A stretch of 52,278 bases of DNA, taken from an uncultured bacterium (GTDB lineage Bacteria > Gemmatimonadota > Gemmatimonadetes > Gemmatimonadales > Gemmatimonadaceae). Position 1 is the first letter of the stretch, and every line of letters starts with the position of its first letter. Below the pieces are notes generated by a model. It was not told the DNA's origin and ran no database searches. It saw only the letters and a list, made by a program, of their open reading frames with translations. The stretch spans positions 1 through 52,278 of the forward strand of contig CAXBQP010000016.1 of assembly GCA_963978095.1 (NCBI GenBank), given 5' to 3'. The position numbers and the translations under genes are program-made. This document shows positions 19,901-27,166 of this stretch, piece by piece.

Positions 19901-21632
19901 ACGACGTGCCAACCGTGCTGTCGCCGATTTCGCCATATCGATTCAGTCCCCAGCAGTAGGCCGCGCCGGCGGTGCTGAGCCCGCACGTATGCATCGACCC
20001 CACCGAAAGCTTGGACCAGGTCACCGATGATTTTACGAGCACCGGCGTCAAGCGATTCACGCGGGAGCTGTCGCCGAGCTGCCCCGCCGCGTTGTACCCC
20101 CAGCAGACCCCTTGTCCGCTCGTCGTCACGCCGCAGGAATGATCACCACGGATGTTCTCGGACAACCGTGCGATTGCGAATCCGCCACCGACGGCCACCG
20201 GGACGGAGGTCCCGGTCGTGCCTCCGGAACCCAACTGCCCGCGCGCGCCGGCGCCCCAACAGAAGGCACCGGTCCCGACGGCCATGCAGCTGTGCTCGCC
20301 CACGCTCGCGTTGTCCAACAGCGTCGCCGTGAAGGTGGCACTCGCGCCGGACTCACTCTGCACGGTTACCGTTGCGCTCGAACCGCTGGACGGAGCTGTC
20401 CATTTGCTCGGCAAGGCGGTGTAGCCCAGCGAGTCGGTAACGCTCGAGACATTCGGCTGGTTGTTCGCTGAGAAAACAGGTGCGCCAGCGGGGACGGACC
20501 AGAACACACGCGCATTGCTGATCGGCGTGCCGAAGGAGTCCTTGATGCGGACCACCGGCGTCTCGGGAACGGTCCCTCCGACGATCGTGAACTGGTTGTT
20601 GCCGGCCACGCGCTCGATCCCCATCGCCTGCCCCGAGGTGCCGACGCCGACGGTGACCGCCACCGAGGCACTCTGGCCGCCGACGGCCGCCGTGATCGTC
20701 GCGCTGCCGGTCGCGACGCCCGTCACATCCCCGGTCGCCGTGACGCGTGCTTTTGTCGTGTCACTGCTGGTCCATGTCACACCACGGCACCCCGCCAGCG
20801 GTGCACCGCTCGCGCTGCGTGCGTCGACGAACACATGGCCGCCCGAGCCGACCCCGACACTGAGCCCGGCACTCGGACTGACGGCGACCGACGCGATCGG
20901 AGGCACCACGAAGGTCGACGTCGCCGTCCGCGACGGCGCCGAGAGTCCGATCGCGAATCGCGCGACCTGCTGCGCGTCGATCACGTTGATCGCGTTGTCG
21001 CCCGTGACGTCACCCGTGGATTGGAACGTGTTCAGATCAGCTACGGCCATGCCGACCGTGAAGCGTGCGATCTGCTGCGCGTCGAGGATGTTGACCAGTG
21101 AGTCGCCATTCACGTCGCCCCATTTGCCGAACGACGCCACGCACACATCAGTACCGGTCGACGACCTCGGCGTCGCCAGTACCGCGCCCTGCGCGTTGCT
21201 GGCCTCCGACACGTCCAGATGCAGCTGCGTGCCGGCCACGCTCGCCGACGCCGTGAACCACGCATACGCGAGCGTGACGGTGCCGCTCGCGCTCGACGCA
21301 CTGAACACGCTCAGGACGGCACGCCCCACCGTCGGGCTCAGGATCGTGGCACTCACGGTGCCGAAGTTGCCCGCCGTGATGGAATCGATGGTCAATCCCG
21401 CCGCGTTCCAGTTGAGCTGCGCCGCGATCGACGACACCGCGACCACACTTCCGGTGGCGCTGGTCGTTCCGGCGGTCGGCACGGTCATCAGCAGTGGGAC
21501 ACTGAACTTCATGCCGGGCGCGACTTGGATCTTCGTGGAGGTCCCGGCCGCCACCGCAATCGTCGACTGGGCGCGGCCGAGGCTCGGCAGCGTGAGACAG
21601 AGCAACGGGATCCAACGGCGGAGCAGGCGCAT
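13932..21632 (-). CDS. Giant secreted modular protein: cohesin-like + dockerin + Ig-like (Big_2/Big_1-type) + three RCC1 beta-propellers
   Basis: Signal peptide (..LGRA-Q); cohesin-like segment ~21563-21135; duplicated dockerin GDVNGDSLVNILDA / GDVTGDNAINVIDA (21122-20943); 21 C-x(8-10)-C[WL]G RCC1 blades in three groups of 7; GDNQ/GNNQ-type Ig modules. ATG 21632 preferred to 21659. Confidence 0.88.
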   Translation of the reverse strand: MRLLRRWIPLLCLTLPSLGRAQSTIAVAAGTSTKIQVAPGMKFSVPLLMTVPTAGTTSATGSVVAVSSIAAQLNWNAAGLTIDSITAGNFGTVSATILSPTVGRAVLSVFSASSASGTVTLAYAWFTASASVAGTQLHLDVSEASNAQGAVLATPRSSTGTDVCVASFGKWGDVNGDSLVNILDAQQIARFTVGMAVADLNTFQSTGDVTGDNAINVIDAQQVARFAIGLSAPSRTATSTFVVPPIASVAVSPSAGLSVGVGSGGHVFVDARSASGAPLAGCRGVTWTSSDTTKARVTATGDVTGVATGSATITAAVGGQSASVAVTVGVGTSGQAMGIERVAGNNQFTIVGGTVPETPVVRIKDSFGTPISNARVFWSVPAGAPVFSANNQPNVSSVTDSLGYTALPSKWTAPSSGSSATVTVQSESGASATFTATLLDNASVGEHSCMAVGTGAFCWGAGARGQLGSGGTTGTSVPVAVGGGFAIARLSENIRGDHSCGVTTSGQGVCWGYNAAGQLGDSSRVNRLTPVLVKSSVTWSKLSVGSMHTCGLSTAGAAYCWGLNRYGEIGDSTVGTSYATPVAVRMPTGVTFVDIGAGANTTCAAASTGDVYCWGASGGSVFSSVTGIQRIPTKVAGASGVVRVSVGTLQACALTAAGSAYCLGYAGTLGNGTSSTSSMTPVAVSGGHVFTEIVAGDDKTCALKADGSVWCWGYDSVGQLGDGAVVEVRATPVPIPMAATRLMAGGAGNTNGDHTCALAVGGAAVFCWGRNSSGQLGDGTATFATTPVSVVLPTATAGSAASMVPTPISFTSTGSAGATLAPTFSPSVVVRDGRGGGVSGVTVTFAVVSGGGSLTTTTATTNAAGQATAGQWTLGAASGMNVVRATITLAGGATSNTFFYSFGTAAVASLTKVGGDSVVFANQTGWPPYNAPTVRVANATGQPLAGVTVTFSGLPTTVTAKSDSAGIAQIDRSALIGVTTTTTITASVSGATSATAATFTFLGLQNPVQSRNSPCALTTDGTAYCWGLNSFGALGDGAASQQRNYAAPVSGGLTFKRLSDQQATHHCALTAAGAAWCWGDNRVGQLGDGTTTQRSVPTAVLGGLAFKQIVTENLTTCGLTTAGSIYCWGWMQPYGLTYPALAERSQLTPVPLNSNGLSFAEIALWDTGLCGRTAAGSVYCLGDNGAGAVGDGTFTDRTTFTAVTGGISFTHIAGGTANICGVASTGALLCWGSGQVGNNGDGTTQPRNVPTPIALAEDRFRDVIIGNLSPCGLRIDGRVFCWGGNILGAAGTGDISGANLLVPQEITGAVFTELTATSFRGKCARVVSGSMYCWGANANGQVGDSSAVSLRGTPVAVIGWPAGPATGTPTTITPTSAWVSGRTAASGAATTVPPQVVVKDKSGKAVVGVTVTFALAGGTGTLTGAVATTDSTGTATAQSFVLGSSGFAAISAKTDGLPPTVLVVTTAASVPASSAISFGDQQAQVAGSVTQGYLGVIVKDGSGNPVSNATVQFSVASGSSGGVALSPSGTPITAVSATTDAGGIARVVFTPASGSVGTQGIVATVVGTSIAPITFSVLSVATQSNQGDARCQLTTSGAAYCWGDNRRGQVGDGSLVNRTMPTAVVGGITFTSLARGSADHMCGLTAAGAAYCWGSNSFGELGDGSTTDRSNPVAVAGGNSFTSLAVSLRSTCGVTAAGGVFCWGSMDQSVLGDGSYGTIKKAPAAVNTGGVAFASVSMGTNVTCGITTSGTIYCWGSFTGDGTTGGSFPASPFSTRPFPAAINDGRTYTNVSVGAQYACAVTNTNEVYCWGRQGSGQLGDGSTTVQRTSPTRVASSQAFASVSVGLTHACALTVAGSSWCWGYNGDQSAGDGTTANRSVPTATLGGLTFSRIAALGSGTCARTSAGALYCWGAGGLGQNGDSTTSPRGTPTAVNWVEGTARALAVTTQPSGGVSLNAWGTQIVVAVKDGVGTTMTGATNAVSLALVGGTGAVLTCTSNPVVAVNGVATFSGCAVDKAGTYTLSATSTGLGSATSNSVSVVAGAPNKLAFSVQPTSAQSLAYWSGQPAVMIQDAASNITSSTDSVSVELTSPGGATLYCAASKIPAVNGVATFSGCHVDKAGTYTLTARSGSLATGQSTSFSITPGTASVSTSTLTASQSSITANNTATSTLTVQLKDVSGNALTASGGTVTIVQTNGPSLTLSAVTDNNNGSYTATVKGSVAGTATFSAQLGGTTLTHSSNPVTVTLTPGAATQISIYAGNNQSSTVGTAVGTVPTVLVVDANSNKVPGVSVTFAVASGGGSGTTLTTTTNSNGLASPGSWTLGTTAGVNTMTATATGLTGSPLTFSDTAKAGATTQIASSIAASGAPAGSPFTTQPSIQVKDTYGNLTSQGTVTMTVSGGDGQATVVGTSTLAASNGYANFTNVGITGTAGTSYTLTFTSGSYTVTQSITAATGPAAKLIFSQQASGVNLGADFTVQPLIDVQDAGNNYLNGATGYVTISINNGASFYGTPVKTVAVSSGMASFTGIGLASGTPTGTYTLSYKWTDSQGNPTGSIPILTQTITVP

Positions 21633-21693
21633 GCAATGTGACCAGAGCATAGGGAGCATCAGCGATCGCGGACGAACGGCGCAACGCGCCGGA

Positions 21694-22215
21694 TCAGGGC
21701 TTTCGTGGTGTGGCAGGTGCAGGCGGAGGAGCAGACGATTCCGTGTCGATCAGCGTCGTACCTTCGAGCGCGGTCGCGGCGAGTCGATGTCCGTCGAGGT
21801 CGCCCGCGACCTCGAGCACGCCGGAGATCCGCGCGTTCTCGAGCGGGCCCCGCGTGTGCGCGACGAGCCGCACCGCATCGGCCCCCAGGAATCCGGAGGT
21901 CGTGAACCCGGCGAACCGGAGGGTGCCGGCACTCACGCGCTGGGCGTTCACGAACCGGGAGCCGTCACCCGGCGCCGTGGCACTGTCCACCACGAGCACC
22001 GATGGGTCGAAGGTGAGGGTGCCTTGATATGCGCCCATGCGTACGTCACGTGCCTCGACCCGGAGCATCAGCACCACCCGGTTCCCGGGCGGCGACACGC
22101 GAACCAGCCGGAGACGAACATGCGCGGTGCCCCGCGCGTCCGCGGGTGCGACGTGCGCGCCCGCGCCCGCGCTCGCCGGCACTGCGGTCACGAGTGCGAG
22201 GGCCAGACGCCACAC
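21694..22215 (-). CDS. Small secreted single cohesin-like domain protein
   Basis: Signal peptide; MGAYQGTLTFDPSVLVVDS...FVNA...GTLRFAGFTT; clear paralogue of 22216..22767. Confidence 0.7.
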   Translation of the reverse strand: MWRLALALVTAVPASAGAGAHVAPADARGTAHVRLRLVRVSPPGNRVVLMLRVEARDVRMGAYQGTLTFDPSVLVVDSATAPGDGSRFVNAQRVSAGTLRFAGFTTSGFLGADAVRLVAHTRGPLENARISGVLEVAGDLDGHRLAATALEGTTLIDTESSAPPPAPATPRKP

Positions 22216-22767
22216 TCAGCGCGCGACCGCGAGGCCGCTGTACAAGTCGAGCACGGCATTGCTCGCCTTCAGCGCCGACGCCCGGATCGACGATCCCGTG
22301 GTCTCACCGGCGACATCCAGTTTGCCGACGATGTTCACCGGCACCTTCCCGGGCTTGAACACGCCGACCAGGCGGAACGCCTCCGTGGTCGAGAACTTCT
22401 CCGTGGCGAAGCCGGCGAAGCGCACGGTGCCGGTGGCGGCATCCGCGGCATTCACCACGCGGAACTCGCCACTCGTACCCGTCGGCGTCGGGACCTGGAC
22501 CACGGACATCGCGTTCGGATCGAAGGTCAACACCCCCTGATACGAGGCGACCGGAACACCGTTGCCCACGATGTTCACGACGAAGATCGCGCTGTCGCCG
22601 CCGGCTCGGGTGTCCTGCTCCACCATCACCTGCACATTCCCGTGGCCGACGAGCGTCACCAGATCCGTCTTGGGGGCGGTCGGGTGCTTCTCGGCGCAAG
22701 CCGTGACGACGGCGACCGCGGCAATCGCGATCCCGGAGAGACCCAGCATGGTCGAACGCAACTTCAT
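22216..22767 (-). CDS. Lipoprotein with a single cohesin-like domain
   Basis: Lipobox VTAC; VASYQGVLTFDPNAMSVVQ...VVNA...GTVRFAGFAT, resembling the cohesin S-x-Q-x-x-L-x-F/Y-D-P and G-x-I/V-x-F pattern. Confidence 0.75.
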   Translation of the reverse strand: MKLRSTMLGLSGIAIAAVAVVTACAEKHPTAPKTDLVTLVGHGNVQVMVEQDTRAGGDSAIFVVNIVGNGVPVASYQGVLTFDPNAMSVVQVPTPTGTSGEFRVVNAADAATGTVRFAGFATEKFSTTEAFRLVGVFKPGKVPVNIVGKLDVAGETTGSSIRASALKASNAVLDLYSGLAVAR

Positions 22768-22796
22768 GACGACTACCTCTGAGGAAGTTCGGTGCG

Positions 22797-25238
22797 CTAC
22801 GGCGTGATGAGGACGGTGAGCGGACGGACCAGCAGCGGGACGGTCACCGCGTTTTCGTTGCCGGCGGCCGTGACCACGAGCCCCACGGTCGCGGAGGTGT
22901 TCGCGGTGCCACTCTTCGGTCGCAAGGTGAGGGTGTACAGCGTGGTCGTCGCCGTGGCGGGCGTCGGCGAGAACACACCGACGGTCACCTTTCCACTCGA
23001 CGTTGCACTCTGGTTGTCGAACACCGAGCCGAAGCTGCCCGCCGTGCCCGACACGAAGGTGAACTTGGTGCTGTCGTAGGTGATGTCGAAACTGGCGGAC
23101 GCGAGCGTCGCGCCCTGCGGGTACGTGAGGTCGAGCGTCACCGGGATCACGAGGTTCCCGCCGACGGCAACCGTCGCCGCCGCCACACTGGGCTCACCGC
23201 CCGCGTTCAGCGTCAAACCGCGTGCCCGGGCCGCCGCTGAGAAGGTCGCCGGCGCCGAGACTCCGGCACAACTCGCGGTCAGCGTCTGCGACCCCACCGT
23301 GCTGCCGAGGGTCCACGAGGTGCTGAAGGTCGCGGTCGCGCCCGTCACGCCCGACGCGGTGCCGACGATCCCGCCACCGCTGGCCGAGACGCTCACCGCG
23401 ACACCACTGATCGGATTCCCACTGGCGTCCGCGACTTGGACCACCGGAGCGATCGGCAGCTGTGCCCCCACGAAGTAGCTCTGCGCCGGCGCGCTCAGAG
23501 CGGTGCAGATCGCCGGTACGCCAACGGCGATCGCGAACGCCGTGCTCGTCACGGGACTCACCCCGGACCCGGAGGCGGTCACTTGATACCCGCTGCCCGC
23601 CTTCGTGAGCCGCACGGCGCTGAAGGTGGCCACGCCGCTCACCGGAGTCGCGGTCACGGTTCCGCTCAGCGACACCGACGTCGCGGCGCCCGCGAGCGTC
23701 AGGGAGACCGGCGAGTTGAACGTGGTCGCGACGTTGCCGTAGCTGTCGAGGGCGTTCACCACGAACGTCGGAATCGCGGCATCGGCCGTGCCGTTGCCGG
23801 GCTGCGTGCCGAACTGCAGCGTCGACGCCGAGGCGGACGCCACGGCGAAGGTGGTGGTCATCCCGCTCGTCAGGCCGGTAGCGCTCGCGAGCAGTGCGTA
23901 CCCTGTCCCCGCCTTGGTGACCTGGAGTCCGCCGAAGGTCACGACTCCGGCGTTCGCGGAGGCGGTCTTCGTCCCGATCAGCGGCGTCGAAGTGACCAAT
24001 CCGAACGAGCTCCCGACCACGGCGCCAAGGTCGACCGTCACGCTTCCCGTGAACGATGTCGCAGTGTTGCCAAAGGCATCCCGCGCCGTGATCTGCACGT
24101 TGCCCAGCGATTGGCCGGCGGTGATCGCCGCAGGCGGATTGGTGGTTGCCGCCAGCGCTACGGCTGGTCCCGGTGTGGCCGTCGCCTTGAACGTGACGGG
24201 AGAACCGCTCAGGCCGGTCACGGCAAACGTCGCGGTCTTCGCCCCCGCCGTGCCGTCCAGCGTCCAGGTCGCACTGACCTGTCCGTTCGCATCGGTGGTC
24301 GACTGCGACACCTTGGCGGCCGTCCCCGACCCCAACGTGATCGTCACCGGCGTCCCGGCGAGCGGCAATGCATCCGTGCCGAGCACGCGCACCACCAGCG
24401 GGTTGGCCAACGGCTGTCCGACGACTCCCGATTGGTTGTCGCCAGAGACGGCCGCGATCGAAGCCGCCGCGGCATTCACGGTCAGCAGCACCGTGTCCTT
24501 CGGCCCGGTGAGCAACTCGGCGACGATCCGCGCGGTGCCGCGTTTGTTCGCCGCCCCGGCACCGGTGCCGGCGTTGGTGATCGACGCGACTGCCGTATCG
24601 AGAGAACTCCACTTGATCGGCGTGTTCGCCACGACCGTGCCGCTCGCGTCCAACGCGCTGGCTTGCCACGTGAAACTCTGCCCGATCAACAACTGCTGCG
24701 TGCGAGGGGTGATCACCACGGACTTGGCGGTCGAGCCGGTCCCGGTGTAGGTCACCGTCACCGTCACTTGTGCGGGCGTCGAGCTGCCGCCGCTCGATCC
24801 GCTCGCGCTGGCGGCGGTCGCCACGATCGGCGCCGCGCCGCGGAACACCGTATCACCCGCAGGACTGACGTATTTCAAGTTCATGTTCAACGACTCGCCC
24901 GCCGCCGGCGCCGTCGGCGAGAGCGGAACATCCATGCTCACCGTCACCGAGTCCTTCCCATCCGGGAACGCGACCATCGTATCGAGTGCGATCGTGCTGT
25001 CCGCCCGATACAACACCACGCGGACCTTGCTCACGGGGACCAACTGGCTCGTGCCCGGCGTGTTGTCGCGCAGCGCCTGCGGGAACTGGGTCAGGAAACT
25101 GATGCCACGTGCCATGATCCGAAGACCGCGGCTCGGCGCGGTCACCTCGCGCGCGCAGCTCACGGCCCCAACAAGCAGAACAGACGCGAGTAGCGCAGAT
25201 CGACGCAGATACCGACTGACGGGCACGGGCAGGCGCAT
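22797..25238 (-). CDS. Lipoprotein with an Ig-like domain stalk and a C-terminal cohesin-like domain
   Basis: Lipobox VSC; Big_2-like IKWSSLDTAVASI, SGDNQSGVVG Big_1-like and GVATF..KAG.GY Ig modules; C-terminal LASASFDITYDSTKFTFVSGTAGSFG...GKVTVGVFS (~23219-22800). ATG 25238. Confidence 0.82.
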   Translation of the reverse strand: MRLPVPVSRYLRRSALLASVLLVGAVSCAREVTAPSRGLRIMARGISFLTQFPQALRDNTPGTSQLVPVSKVRVVLYRADSTIALDTMVAFPDGKDSVTVSMDVPLSPTAPAAGESLNMNLKYVSPAGDTVFRGAAPIVATAASASGSSGGSSTPAQVTVTVTYTGTGSTAKSVVITPRTQQLLIGQSFTWQASALDASGTVVANTPIKWSSLDTAVASITNAGTGAGAANKRGTARIVAELLTGPKDTVLLTVNAAAASIAAVSGDNQSGVVGQPLANPLVVRVLGTDALPLAGTPVTITLGSGTAAKVSQSTTDANGQVSATWTLDGTAGAKTATFAVTGLSGSPVTFKATATPGPAVALAATTNPPAAITAGQSLGNVQITARDAFGNTATSFTGSVTVDLGAVVGSSFGLVTSTPLIGTKTASANAGVVTFGGLQVTKAGTGYALLASATGLTSGMTTTFAVASASASTLQFGTQPGNGTADAAIPTFVVNALDSYGNVATTFNSPVSLTLAGAATSVSLSGTVTATPVSGVATFSAVRLTKAGSGYQVTASGSGVSPVTSTAFAIAVGVPAICTALSAPAQSYFVGAQLPIAPVVQVADASGNPISGVAVSVSASGGGIVGTASGVTGATATFSTSWTLGSTVGSQTLTASCAGVSAPATFSAAARARGLTLNAGGEPSVAAATVAVGGNLVIPVTLDLTYPQGATLASASFDITYDSTKFTFVSGTAGSFGSVFDNQSATSSGKVTVGVFSPTPATATTTLYTLTLRPKSGTANTSATVGLVVTAAGNENAVTVPLLVRPLTVLITP

Positions 25239-25469
25239 CCGGGAAGACCTTGGACTGGGACGAGGCGCCGCGATATCTATCCCGCGGCGTTGATAGGCTG
25301 GCGTGGAAAACTTACAACTATAAAGGCACACGTGACAAGACGGCCGCGACGTGTCCCAGCGCCCCGCGCCTCCTAAGCCGCGGGGATGGCGCTCTACCGA
25401 CGGGTGAACAATACTTCCCGAACCAGCTCGGCGCGGTGCGCGCCGTCACATTTCCCGCCCAACGGCTCC

Positions 25470-26216
25470 ATGCCAAAGCGCCTCAAACTGATCCTCACGC
25501 TCGCGATTCCGCTCGCGTGCGCTTCGGTTTTCATTCGCCTTGGTGTGTGGCAGCTCTCCCGCCTCGCCGAACGACGTGCGTTCAATGCGACGCTCGCCGC
25601 GCGAACCGTCGCGCAACCAATTGATATTCAAGAACTTACGCGTGATACTGCCCTCGGCCACTATCGGCGGGTGACCGCGTCGGGGCGGTTCGACTATGAC
25701 CATCAAATCGTCTACGCGGGACGCTCCCGGAACGGCTCCCCCGGGGTGTATCTGATCACCCCCCTCCGCATGGCGGGAACCGATACCGTCGTCATGGTCA
25801 ACCGAGGGTGGGTCTATTCCCCGGATGCCGCGACGGTCGACGAATCCCGCTGGCGCGAAGCCGACTCGGCCGCGGTGGCCGGTTATACCGAAACCTTCGT
25901 CACGGCGGATCCGCGGGTCAATCCCGCCGCCCCCCGCCGGCTTCGGACACTCGATCAGGGCACCATCGCGCGACTCGTTCCGGCGCCAATCGCTCCGTAT
26001 GTCATTGTCCGGAACGACACGTCCATCACGGTGGCAGCGCCCAAATCCGCCACATCACCGCCGGCCCCGGTGGATTCCACGCCGGCACGGCTCGTACTGC
26101 CCCCGCTCGACGAAGGCCCGCATCAATCCTATGCGTTCCAGTGGTTCGCCTTCGCGACCATCGCGGTCGTCGGGGGTGTGATGCTCACCCGTCACGCTCT
26201 CCAGCGTCCGAGCTGA
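25470..26216 (+). CDS. SURF1 family protein (heme-copper oxidase assembly)
   Basis: FIRLGVWQLSRLAER, YRRVTASGRF, GVYLITPL, VMVNRGWV, HQSYAFQWFAFA. Confidence 0.93.
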   Translation: MPKRLKLILTLAIPLACASVFIRLGVWQLSRLAERRAFNATLAARTVAQPIDIQELTRDTALGHYRRVTASGRFDYDHQIVYAGRSRNGSPGVYLITPLRMAGTDTVVMVNRGWVYSPDAATVDESRWREADSAAVAGYTETFVTADPRVNPAAPRRLRTLDQGTIARLVPAPIAPYVIVRNDTSITVAAPKSATSPPAPVDSTPARLVLPPLDEGPHQSYAFQWFAFATIAVVGGVMLTRHALQRPS

Positions 26217-26226
26217 CGTCCTCGGC

Positions 26227-27162
26227 TCAGGCCACCCGCTCGCGGCGATACTGCAACAGCACGACGGCCGCCACGATCATCACGCCCCCCACGAGCACGC
26301 TCACGGTGATGGGCTGCCCGAGGACCAGCGCCCCGAGGATCGCGGTGAGGAACGGTTCCACGGTCGAGACGATCGCCGTGCGCACGGGGCCGAGCCGCAT
26401 CAGGCCTTTCAGGAAGAACACGCTCGGCAAGACCGTGCTGAAGAGCGTGAGGGCCAGGATCGCGCCCCACGCCGTCGCGCTGAGCGAGACCGTGAACGAG
26501 CGATCTCCGACCGCGAGCATCAGGAAGCACAGGGCGGACCCGATCTTCGCGTAGGCACTCGTCACCGCGATCGGGTGCGACTTCTGCATCCACTGCATCA
26601 GCGGGATGTACATCCCGTACACCGCTGCGGCGCCGAGGGCGAGTACGATGCCGCGCGCGCTGGTGCTCCCCGCGACCGGCGAGAGGTCCAGCGTGCCGCC
26701 ATTTGCCAGCTGGCAGACGATCACGATGATCCCGCCGAACGAGAGCGACAACGCCACCACGCGCCGGATGCTCAGCGCCTCCGCACCGCGCAGGGCCTGA
26801 ACGAGCGTGACCCAGGCGGGATAGGTGTAGAAGAGGAATCCGAGGGTCGCGGCCGTGATGTACTGCAGGCTCGAGAGCGCGAGCCCCACGAGCAACGCTT
26901 GGCCGCCACCGCCGAGTGCGAGGAAGCGCAGTGACTCCTTCCACGCCATCTTGGGATACCGATGTGCGCCGACCCAGCCCACCATCACCACCGCCCCGAG
27001 CGTGTAGCGCCAGGTGAGGACGGTGAAGAGCGAGACCTGCTCGCCGGTCGCGAGACTGGTCAGGGTGCTCACCGCGGCGAAGCCCAGGGCGGCGAGCAGG
27101 GTCCATCCGGTGCCCGTGCCGAGCGCTGCGGGGGCGGCCGCGGGCGAGCGCGGATCGCTCAC
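26227..27162 (-). CDS. DMT/EamA-family transporter
   Basis: About 10 TM helices in two repeats; LFYTYPAWV, GPVRTAIVSTVEP. Confidence 0.9.
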   Translation of the reverse strand: MSDPRSPAAAPAALGTGTGWTLLAALGFAAVSTLTSLATGEQVSLFTVLTWRYTLGAVVMVGWVGAHRYPKMAWKESLRFLALGGGGQALLVGLALSSLQYITAATLGFLFYTYPAWVTLVQALRGAEALSIRRVVALSLSFGGIIVIVCQLANGGTLDLSPVAGSTSARGIVLALGAAAVYGMYIPLMQWMQKSHPIAVTSAYAKIGSALCFLMLAVGDRSFTVSLSATAWGAILALTLFSTVLPSVFFLKGLMRLGPVRTAIVSTVEPFLTAILGALVLGQPITVSVLVGGVMIVAAVVLLQYRRERVA

Positions 27163-27166
27163 CGGG

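Noticed and set aside
15828..20295. Diversity-generating retroelement target or recent repeat expansion
   Set aside because: No reverse transcriptase in the window and no near-identical template/variable repeat pair noticed; blades are diverged at DNA level
17187..22782. Long plus-strand ORFs 17187..20030 (947 aa) and 20461..22782 (773 aa)
   Set aside because: Antisense shadows of high-GC genes, low-complexity or mirror translations with no recognisable motifs
13932..25238. A true cellulosome
   Set aside because: No glycoside hydrolase or CBM3 motifs and no multi-cohesin scaffoldin are visible; each protein has a single cohesin-like domain
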